A stretch of DNA of 22,191 nt from Candidatus Sigynarchaeum calidifontis (GCA_030587475.2 JAUQYZ020000179.1:1-22191), one strand, 5' to 3'; positions 1 to 7,547 are shown, counted from the first letter of the stretch. Numbers and translations are program-made. The notes: a model not told the origin generated them from the sequence alone.

Positions 1-640
1 CCGCAATCATCGCCTTGGCCGTGCTGCCAAAGATGGTGCAAACCCGCCGCATGTCCGAGACTTTGCATGGTCTTCCGACAAGGTCCGTGCTCTCCCTGCA
101 CACGCACGGGATCGTGGCGATCGGGCCGCGCATTCCCTCGATCATAGCACGCACGTCGTCATACGTTCCCACGACGCGATCCGGGGTAATACTCTCGCCG
201 ATCGGGATCACGCGGAGCTGCGCGGGGACGCCTTCCTTGTGGAATTCCTTATAAAAAGTCTCTTTCAAGTAGGCGACAGCGTGCTCTGCAAATTTCTTGC
301 TGAGGTTCCCTGCCTGGTACTCGAACATGCCGACGGCAAACTGTGCCAGGCTGTATTTCCCGTCACCACCCGTGATTGCACCCTTTTCCACGAGCCCGTC
401 GAGCATCTTGGCGAGGTCATTGATCGGGATGTCCATGCCGGCCTTTCGTATGCGCTTGTAGATGCGATCCGTGGTTTCAGGAAAAACACTGAGATGAATC
501 GCGACGCAGGCTTCTTGTTCGGTGAACAGCAGCTTGAGAAGCTCGATGTCGTGCCCAGCCTTCGATTCTGGAAATCCCACGGGCATGCGCGTGTCGATCT
601 CCCGCTGGAGTGCCCTGTACACGCTTTCTTCTGCATCCAT
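1..640 (-). CDS. 4Fe-4S cluster-binding (ferredoxin-domain) protein, N-terminal part; runs off the left edge
   Basis: Manual translation from ATG at 640 is open to the window edge: MDAEESVYRALQREIDTRMPVGFPESKAGHDIELLKLLFTEQEA...GMFEYQ...LRVIPIGESI...PCVCRES...PCK...RVCTIFG. This matches the pattern of anaerobe '4Fe-4S dicluster' proteins; the ferredoxin motifs would lie beyond the window. GGAGA RBS-like site at 650-654. Absent from the ORF track because there is no stop in the window. Confidence 0.75.
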   Translation of the reverse strand, partial: MDAEESVYRALQREIDTRMPVGFPESKAGHDIELLKLLFTEQEACVAIHLSVFPETTDRIYKRIRKAGMDIPINDLAKMLDGLVEKGAITGGDGKYSLAQFAVGMFEYQAGNLSKKFAEHAVAYLKETFYKEFHKEGVPAQLRVIPIGESITPDRVVGTYDDVRAMIEGMRGPIATIPCVCRESTDLVGRPCKVSDMRRVCTIFGSTAKAMIA

Positions 641-697
641 AGTCGATTTCTCCGTTCTCTTATCTGGTCAGTATAGCTAATTCCAACCCCCTTGTCG

Positions 698-705
698 TTA
701 ATAAA
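698..705 (-). promoter_or_regulatory. TATA-box candidate (TTTATTAA) for the Fe-S protein gene
   Basis: AT-rich octamer on the minus strand about 60 nt upstream of ATG 640, in a GC-rich context. Confidence 0.4.
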
Positions 706-738
706 GAGTCGCGCGGGGGAATGCCCTTTGATGGCCGC

Positions 739-1497
739 CTAGCGAAAGAGCCCGTATATTTCCTTCCAGTTCTCGAGTTCCTTTTTCATCGATTCGAAGT
801 CTCGCGGAAGGCCGAAGTAGCCGCAAAAGCGGTTAGTCGTGGCATAGCAGATGTATTCCGCGCGGTCGAGCCACGAGCCCCGTGGCTTCTTTTCTTTATT
901 GCCCCCGTCATTGGTTTCAAGAAGCTGGGATGCATTCGCGAGGCGCTCGGCCACGTCTTGCTTATATCTTTCAACGAGATCCTTCACGCGCGGGTCATCG
1001 TGCTTGATAATTTCCTCTTTGACGAAGCCGGCCTTGATGAACTTGCGGGCGTGCGAGCCCGCGTTCGACCCGCGGTAATGCGAGAGAACTTGTCTCGGCA
1101 CGGGTTGGGTAAAGGCGATGAACGCAAGCGTCATGACCTCCGACCGGGTGTATGGCATCTCCTCGATGTAGAACGTGTCCACGTGATCAGATACCTCCTC
1201 GCGCAGGTCCATCAGCCAGAGCCCGTCGTCAATCTCGCGGACACGGATTGCACCGGCATAGGTATCATATCGCTTGGCCAAGCTTTGCAAGGCATCGTGT
1301 ATCGACGCTACCGGAATCCCTAGCGTGTCGGCGATGTCGCCCTCGGCGATCGCTTCGCCGCGCATGAACAGGCACGACTCGACGAGCTGGAGGAGCACCT
1401 CGCTATCCTTTTTGGCGATGTCAAGCACATCTTGGGAAATCTCGCCTCCGGCGGGCGTGGCACGCGCCGCGTCGACCAAGTCAATCACGTCTGCCAT
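739..1497 (-). CDS. scpB: SMC-Scp complex subunit ScpB (kite protein)
   Basis: Tandem winged-helix motifs: LVESCLF, TLAFIAFTQPV, YRGSNAGSH, YATTNRFCGYFGL. Starts 4 nt after the smc stop with a GAGGTGG SD. Confidence 0.9.
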   Translation of the reverse strand: MADVIDLVDAARATPAGGEISQDVLDIAKKDSEVLLQLVESCLFMRGEAIAEGDIADTLGIPVASIHDALQSLAKRYDTYAGAIRVREIDDGLWLMDLREEVSDHVDTFYIEEMPYTRSEVMTLAFIAFTQPVPRQVLSHYRGSNAGSHARKFIKAGFVKEEIIKHDDPRVKDLVERYKQDVAERLANASQLLETNDGGNKEKKPRGSWLDRAEYICYATTNRFCGYFGLPRDFESMKKELENWKEIYGLFR

Positions 1498-1501
1498 GAT
1501 A

Positions 1502-4500
1502 TCACGCCACCTCTTGTGGTGCTTGTAGGATTTTCGAGAGCTCGCTGAGCTTCAATTGGATGACATCAGTAACCCCGTCGACGTTCGACACCCCGAGGAT
1601 CTGGTCGACACGGGTCATTGTCACGTCTCGGTGCGTGACGATGATGAATTGACTACGGTTCGATAGTTCCTTGATTAAATCGGCAACGAGCAGCGCGTTC
1701 GCATCGTCCAGCGCAGCGTCGATCTCGTCCAATATGTACAATGGCGAGGGACAGTGTTGCTGGATGGCAAAGATGAGTGACAGGGAAGTCAACGCTTTTT
1801 CACCACCGGACAAGAGCGATATCTCGTTTAATGGCTTTCCCAAGGGACGGGCCATGATTTGCACGCCGCCAGCGAACGGATCGTCGAGATTTTCCAGCTC
1901 GAGCTTGGCTTCGCCTCCCGGGGACAGCCGGGAGAAGACGTAGGCGAAGTTCCGCGCGATGCTCTGGTAGGTTTGCAGGAACACGGTTTTCTTCTGCTTT
2001 TCGATCGACGACATGAATTCGAGAATCGACTCCCTTTCCTTGACCAGTACATCGTGCTTGCCTGAAAGGTCATCGAAACGTGCCTTGTTTTCGTTGTATT
2101 TTTCGATGGCCATCATATTCACATTGCCAAGGCGTGCGATCTCTGCCTTAGCTAATTCGATATCTTTCACGAGCTGCCCCTTGCCACGCTTGATCACGTC
2201 ATCTGGCACGCTCGATGCGGGCGATAGTTCAGCCCGAAGCGCTGCGAGCGTCTGCTCCAGCTCCGCGATCTTCACGGCTTGCGAAGCTTTCTTAAGATCC
2301 GCCGCCTGGCGCTCCAGCCCGAGTCGCTGCAAACCCGAGGTGAGGTCGTCCTTTTGCTTCTCGAGTTCCCGCTTGGTATTGAGTAGCATACCCAGCTCCC
2401 CGTTTTTCTCGGCAAGCAGCTGCTCGAGAGCCTTGATCTTGTCGATTGTCGCTGCCTTTTCGGCCTCCTTCGCGATGATGCCTTGAGATGCCGAAACGAT
2501 CGTCGCGTCGAGGTCCGCTATGCGGTCTTGTTTGGCCTTGATAGAGCCGATGACATGCTCCGTGAGACGTGTCGTTTTCTGGGCGAGCGCGATGCTGGCC
2601 TTGCTGATCGTCGCCTCGGTGGCCTTTATCTCGCGCTCGATCGCCTCGATCTCGGCCTGTACCTGTGCGTGGGGTGATTCTTTCAGCGATCTGTCTATGG
2701 CAGCGATTTCCTCTTCGAGCGCGGCGACCCGCGCTTCGGCTTGCTGGCCGTCGGTAACAAGCTTCTCCCGCCGCAGCATATTCGCTGCGATCAACGACTT
2801 GAGTTCGGCAACCTTCTGTGCCGCGTCCCCGCTGCCTTGTTCGAGTTCCTCGAGGCGTGCTTCGAGCTTGGCGACCTGCTCTCGCAAGCCGCTTCGTGCC
2901 ATTTCCCCGTTGATCTTGGCCGTGTAGTAATCTGCGATGCGTCGCTGGGACGCTTTGATCTCGTGCTCGAGTGCTCTCTCCTTTTCCTTCAAGGATTCCA
3001 GCTCGCGCTCCATCATCGGCAGCTTGTCCTCGTCCTTCGTCTGGAACGCGGTGCCGACGGCCTTCTTGTTGATCGACCCGCCTGTCATGAGATTGCTGGG
3101 GTCAATCACGTCGCCATCCAGCGTGACGCGGCGGTAGCCCGGCGCGAATTCCTTGGCTACCTCGAGATCATCGACGATGAACGTGCGGCCGAAGATGAAC
3201 TCGAAAGCGGGCAAATATTTCTTGTCGAAGTCGATCAGGTCGACCGCCCGGCCATGCACGCCCTTGCCGAGCACTAGCCCGTGATCGTATTCCTTGTACG
3301 AGATCTTGTCGAGGGGGATGAACGACACGCGGCCGAGATTTCCTTTCTTCAAGTAATTGATGCATTCCGTGGCAACGTTCCGGTCGTCCACGACCATGAA
3401 GTTGGTCTTGCCGCCCGCGGCGATGTCCATTGCGACCGAGAACCGTGCATCCACCTTGCCGAGATTGCCTACCGTGTCGTGAATTCCCTTGATGATGCCC
3501 TGGCGTTTCGCTTCAAGCAAGGCGGCGATTGCTTTCGCAGCCCCGTTCCCCGCCATGTTTTGCGAGACCTTGATCGTAGACCGGAGCTCGTAAAGGGCCT
3601 CGGATTTATGCCGTATCATGTCCTTCGTGACTCGGAGCTCGCTCTCGAGCCGCTTCACGTCGGCCTCGATCGTGTCAAGATTTTCACCAGCGGTCTCTCC
3701 CGGCTCCGCAAGGCGCGCGCGCAACTCTTGCAATTGGACTTGGAGAGATTCCCGTTGAGAAGCTGCGTTCTCGGCCTTTTGCTCGATGGATTGCACGCTA
3801 GCCCTGTCCTTCGCGATGTAATTCTCGACCATTTTAAGCTCGGCATGTATCTCGTTGACCACGTTTTTTGCATCGAGCAATGACTGACGGCACCGCTCCT
3901 TGCTGGCGAGCAAGTCCTGGTATTTCTTGTCGTGGCTTGAAAGTTCGGCGTTCTTTTCTTGAAGAGAAACCCGCTTGGCTGATAACGCATCATCTTGAGC
4001 GGCTGCTCTGACCTTTGCATCCTGGATCTCGGACTCGAGCGTTGCCTTTTCCGCATCGAGTTTTTTAATCTCCTCTGCTACACGTGCTCTTTCCGCCGTC
4101 GCGTCTCTCTCCTGCTCTCCGAGGTACTTGATCGCGGATTTGAGATCGGCGAGGGCCTGCTTGAGCTGGTCGAGCTCCTGGTTGATGGCGAGCAGTTCCT
4201 TCCCTTGTTTGTTTGCTAGATCGTCGGTGATTTCCTTGATCTTAGCCTTGACATCCTCTACTGCTGCTTCCTTTTCCTTGATCGCGCCATCTATCTCGGA
4301 AACCTTCTGCTCCAAGGACGAGACGAGCTGCTTGGCCTTGCTCGCCTCGCTCGCGATAGCTTCGATGTCGACAAACTTGATAGCGAGAGACAATTGTTCG
4401 AGTGTTTTCGTGAGGTCCCGGTACTTGATGGCAGCGTCACGTTCCTTCTCGAGGTCGGCGAGCTGGGTCGACACCTCGTTTAGCAAGAGACGTACTTGCG

Positions 4501-5080
4501 AGATGTTTGCCTCGACCTGGTCGAGCTCCTTCTGAGCGTTTTCCTTTTTCTCGTCGTACGCAGCGATGCCCGCGATGTCCTCGATGAGCTTGCGGCGTTC
4601 GTTTTTATTCATGTTGACGACCTCGTATACCGAGCCTTGCAAGACCATGCTATACCCGCTGGAATGCAAGCCCCCCATGGCGAGCAGGTCTTGAATTTCG
4701 GTTCGGGTACTGGTCACGCCGTTGATTTTGTACTTGCTATGGCCATCCAGGTCGACGCTGCGGGATATCTTGACGACATCCGCGTCGATGGGCAAGCCCC
4801 TATCCGAGTTATCGAGGACGAGCTCGACAGACGCCTCCTTGGCCGGTGGAATGCCAGCCTTCGGGTTGCCCGAGTAGATCATGTTTCGCATGTTTTCCCC
4901 GCGCAAGCTCTTGGCGGACAAGTTTCCCATGACGAAGCTGAACGCTTCCAAGATGTTGGATTTCCCGCTGCCGTTCGCGCCAACGATGGCCGAGAACCCT
5001 TTATCGAAATCGATTTGCACGGTCTTCGTCGCGCCGACGCTCTTGAAGCCGCGCAGCCGCATGTACTTGATGAATACCAT
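1502..5080 (-). CDS. smc: Chromosome segregation protein SMC (condensin)
   Basis: 1192 aa; GFKS, Walker A GANGSGKS, long coiled coils, hinge (GRVSFIPLDKI, VTLDGD...MTGG), signature LSGGE, Walker B ILDEIDAALD, VTHR. Confidence 0.97.
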   Translation of the reverse strand: MVFIKYMRLRGFKSVGATKTVQIDFDKGFSAIVGANGSGKSNILEAFSFVMGNLSAKSLRGENMRNMIYSGNPKAGIPPAKEASVELVLDNSDRGLPIDADVVKISRSVDLDGHSKYKINGVTSTRTEIQDLLAMGGLHSSGYSMVLQGSVYEVVNMNKNERRKLIEDIAGIAAYDEKKENAQKELDQVEANISQVRLLLNEVSTQLADLEKERDAAIKYRDLTKTLEQLSLAIKFVDIEAIASEASKAKQLVSSLEQKVSEIDGAIKEKEAAVEDVKAKIKEITDDLANKQGKELLAINQELDQLKQALADLKSAIKYLGEQERDATAERARVAEEIKKLDAEKATLESEIQDAKVRAAAQDDALSAKRVSLQEKNAELSSHDKKYQDLLASKERCRQSLLDAKNVVNEIHAELKMVENYIAKDRASVQSIEQKAENAASQRESLQVQLQELRARLAEPGETAGENLDTIEADVKRLESELRVTKDMIRHKSEALYELRSTIKVSQNMAGNGAAKAIAALLEAKRQGIIKGIHDTVGNLGKVDARFSVAMDIAAGGKTNFMVVDDRNVATECINYLKKGNLGRVSFIPLDKISYKEYDHGLVLGKGVHGRAVDLIDFDKKYLPAFEFIFGRTFIVDDLEVAKEFAPGYRRVTLDGDVIDPSNLMTGGSINKKAVGTAFQTKDEDKLPMMERELESLKEKERALEHEIKASQRRIADYYTAKINGEMARSGLREQVAKLEARLEELEQGSGDAAQKVAELKSLIAANMLRREKLVTDGQQAEARVAALEEEIAAIDRSLKESPHAQVQAEIEAIEREIKATEATISKASIALAQKTTRLTEHVIGSIKAKQDRIADLDATIVSASQGIIAKEAEKAATIDKIKALEQLLAEKNGELGMLLNTKRELEKQKDDLTSGLQRLGLERQAADLKKASQAVKIAELEQTLAALRAELSPASSVPDDVIKRGKGQLVKDIELAKAEIARLGNVNMMAIEKYNENKARFDDLSGKHDVLVKERESILEFMSSIEKQKKTVFLQTYQSIARNFAYVFSRLSPGGEAKLELENLDDPFAGGVQIMARPLGKPLNEISLLSGGEKALTSLSLIFAIQQHCPSPLYILDEIDAALDDANALLVADLIKELSNRSQFIIVTHRDVTMTRVDQILGVSNVDGVTDVIQLKLSELSKILQAPQEVA

Positions 5081-5162
5081 GGTAGGTGACCGGGATTATC
5101 GTGTCAAGTCCGATGAATATGACCTGGATATTCCCGGCGGCATCTTGAAGCCCTATATCATC
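4937..5162. repeat. Direct repeat copy 1: smc codons 1-48 plus 82 bp upstream
   Basis: Ungapped alignment to 6916-7141 (offset 1979); 28 mismatches in 226 bp by hand count (about 88% identity). Confidence 0.95.
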
Positions 5163-5579
5163 GGCGTATATGTGCAGCGATCGAAGCTTGAGTTCACAAT
5201 CGTAACTTCTTTTTAACGACAATAACGCTCCACGTCCGAGTCCGACTAAGGTTTCAAGCGAATGAAGCCTTATGAACGGATATAAGCACAGAAGCAAATA
5301 GATAAGCAAACTACGAAGCGCCTCGAATCATACGAGACCTCCTGGGCATTCGTGAATAAACACGTGAATTCTACGAGAAACAAAAGTGATATCGCTAGGA
5401 AAATACTTACAGCGTTGATTGCCGGCAAGATCTTGCTCGCGCGGCCCTCTACAAACAAGATCCAAGATGGAAAAAGAGCTAAATTAATAGACTCAAGGAC
5501 ATGGTATCGGAGCCAAGGTGATAATCTTATGTCGATGCAAATCTATATTTAAGATCTTAATATTCTGATTGCTAAGAGC

Positions 5580-5586
5580 TTATAAA
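5580..5586 (+). promoter_or_regulatory. TATA box (TTATAAA) for a leaderless ATPase transcript
   Basis: Lies about 22-28 nt upstream of ATG 5608, the usual archaeal leaderless spacing. Confidence 0.55.
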
Positions 5587-5607
5587 CCCGTTTGCATTAA
5601 TATTATT

Positions 5608-6900
5608 ATGGATGTTGAGGGTTTCAACCCGTGGTGGCAAGGGGAGCCAGACGAGCAGTTCGTTGCCTGGCAAGCCAGTCCCATCCATTGGATACCAAAA
5701 ATTATTGATAAAATTCATATTACAAACTCGTACAACCTATATTTTTTAACCGGGCCGCGCCAAGTTGGTAAAACAACTGCGTTAAAAATCTTGATCCAGA
5801 AGGAACTTGAAAAGAAACGAGATCCTCATTCGATCCTCTACATCCAATGCGATGAAATACTTGACTTCAAGGAGCTCGGCGATGTGCTCGATAAATACAT
5901 TAAAAGTAAAAATGCACGTGGAATCACGCGATCTTTGATCGTTCTCGATGAGATTCCAACCGTGAGAGAGTGGTGGAGGGCGATCAAGGCACGCATCGAC
6001 GCGTTCCAGTTCAAGAACGACACGATCATCATCACGGGTTCGTCAAGCATCGAGGTGCTCCAGGAACGGGAACGGTTTCCTGGCCGGCGTGGTGATGGGG
6101 TGGACCTCGTCATGTATCCGTTAACCTTTGGCGAGTACGTCGACCTTCATGTCAAGGCGATCGTGCACCAGGATCTCGACCTAACGAAAGACGTTAACGA
6201 TATCGTCCAACCTAATTTGGTATATGCGGGGAAAATTGATACATTGTTTCAAGATTATTTGATAACTGGTGGATTCCCGCTTCCCATCAAGGATTATCTT
6301 GAGGCACGAAAAATCAAGGTAGGTACTAGACATACGTACATGAATTGGATCCAAGGAGACGTGCGTAAGGCTGGGAAGAATGAAATGTTGATGAAAGAAA
6401 TTCTCGGGTTCATCTTGATGGCGCGATGCTCTCCCGTGAGTTGGCTCGGCATCAGCAAAAACACGTCGGTGAATTCGCCCCACACGGCACAGTCTTACAT
6501 CGAAACTCTTGAAAAATTGCACGTGGTCACCATCTTACCCTTTCTTTCTCAAAATGGCACCATCAATAACAAGAAAAACAAAAAAATACATGTCATCGAT
6601 CCATTCATCTATGCGGTCTTACAAGAATACACGGGTGTCAAGATACTCGAAGAAACCGTGGTTGAAAGCATCGTCGCGTCACACCTGTCGCGTGGCTACA
6701 ATACATACTACTGGAAAAATGGCAGTGAGGTAGATGCCATCGCGCTGGTTAATGGCCGGCAAATCGGATTCGAGGTCAAGTGGGGGTACAAGCAGTGGCG
6801 GCAGCCGATTCACCTGAAAAAAACATACTTGCTCACTAAAGACCTGCTTCCCACGTTCATGGCGACCATTCAATTTCCACCGGTTACTCTGCCTTCTTAA
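5608..6900 (+). CDS. AAA+ superfamily ATPase (AAA_14 + DUF4143-type) with C-terminal PD-(D/E)XK-like motif
   Basis: N-terminal FNPWW, Walker A GPRQVGKT, Walker B IVLDEI, ITGSS, FPGRRG, YLITGGFP, C-terminal EVD...FEVK. ATG 5608 preferred over the track's 5569 start because of the TATA position and the NPWW N-terminus. Confidence 0.88.
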   Translation: MDVEGFNPWWQGEPDEQFVAWQASPIHWIPKIIDKIHITNSYNLYFLTGPRQVGKTTALKILIQKELEKKRDPHSILYIQCDEILDFKELGDVLDKYIKSKNARGITRSLIVLDEIPTVREWWRAIKARIDAFQFKNDTIIITGSSSIEVLQERERFPGRRGDGVDLVMYPLTFGEYVDLHVKAIVHQDLDLTKDVNDIVQPNLVYAGKIDTLFQDYLITGGFPLPIKDYLEARKIKVGTRHTYMNWIQGDVRKAGKNEMLMKEILGFILMARCSPVSWLGISKNTSVNSPHTAQSYIETLEKLHVVTILPFLSQNGTINNKKNKKIHVIDPFIYAVLQEYTGVKILEETVVESIVASHLSRGYNTYYWKNGSEVDAIALVNGRQIGFEVKWGYKQWRQPIHLKKTYLLTKDLLPTFMATIQFPPVTLPS

Positions 6901-7059
6901 ATATCCAATGATGGTGCTGAACGCTTCCAGGATGTTCGATTTTCCGCTGTCATTCGCACCATGGATCGCCGAGAACCCATTGTCGAATTTTATTTGCCCG
7001 GTCTTTATCGCGCCGACGTTCTTGAAGCCGCGCAGCCGCATGTGCTTGATGAATACTAT
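6898..7059 (-). pseudogene. smc: smc 5' fragment (about 54 codons), degenerate
   Basis: IVFIKHMRLRGFKNVGAIKTGQIKFDNGFSAIHGANDSGKSNILEAFSTIIGYL vs SMC MVFIKYMRLRGFKSVGATKTVQIDFDKGFSAIVGANGSGKSNILEAFSFVMGNL; start ATG->ATA, Walker A G->D. Confidence 0.9.
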
Positions 7060-7141
7060 GGTGGATGACCGGGATTGTCGTGTCTTGTTAGATGAATATG
7101 ACCTGGATATTCCCGGCGGCATCTTGAGGCCCTATATCATC
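6916..7141. repeat. Direct repeat copy 2 of smc 5' end plus upstream region
   Basis: Aligns without gaps to 4937-5162; the last 51 bp are 50/51 identical. Confidence 0.95.
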
Positions 7142-7196
7142 TGCATATTTGGGTTTTCGGGATGACCTTATTTGAGGCGCAGGATGGAACCTTCTT

Positions 7197-7222
7197 TTAG
7201 GAAAGCGCATGCGACTTTCTAA
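7197..7222. promoter_or_regulatory. Imperfect inverted repeat upstream of the TA promoter (candidate operator or hairpin)
   Basis: TTAGGAAAGCGCA-TGCGACTTTCTAA, dyad with one bulge per arm; TATTTAA at 7240-7246 follows. Confidence 0.45.
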
Positions 7223-7267
7223 GCCGGATTCTCAAAATCTATTTAAGGTCAAAGTTCCTTGATTTAA

Positions 7268-7519
7268 ATGGTGATGCCAATGGTGATGGTGATCAAGGTT
7301 GATAAGCAAGGACGGGTAATCCTTCCGAAGGAGGTGCGTGACAAGTACCACTTCGACCAAGGCACGGAATTGCACGTGATAGAGAAAGAAGATGGGATAG
7401 AAATTAAATTAGCACGGAATAAACTCCCCCTCAAGGAATTGTGTTCAAATGGATTGAAATATGATCCCAAGAATATCCTTGCATTAGACATTGCAAACAT
7501 GGATGATGACCTGCAATAA
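7268..7519 (+). CDS. AbrB/MazE/SpoVT-family antitoxin (VapB-like)
   Basis: KVDKQGRVILPKEVRDKYHFDQGTEL is a classic AbrB swapped-hairpin motif; acidic C-terminus; directly upstream of a PIN gene. Exact start uncertain (7268/7280/7286). Confidence 0.9.
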   Translation: MVMPMVMVIKVDKQGRVILPKEVRDKYHFDQGTELHVIEKEDGIEIKLARNKLPLKELCSNGLKYDPKNILALDIANMDDDLQ

Positions 7520-7547
7520 AGCTGTGGTGGTGTTAAGTGCATTGCTG

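Noticed and set aside
1-640. scpA downstream of scpB
   Set aside because: Translation shows a Cys-containing Fe-S protein family pattern, not kleisin motifs
5095-5107. Bacterial sigma70 promoter (TTGACA and GATAAT on the minus strand)
   Set aside because: The hexamers are only 1 nt apart instead of about 17, and both are altered in repeat copy 2
739-6900. Wadjet/MksBEFG-type SMC defence system
   Set aside because: The SMC has a canonical condensin hinge and motifs; there is no JetA kleisin or JetD Toprim nuclease, and the ATPase is divergently oriented and unrelated
7268-7291. ATGGTG tandem repeats at the antitoxin start
   Set aside because: Only three short copies, explained by alternative starts and SD-like GGTGA; not a meaningful array
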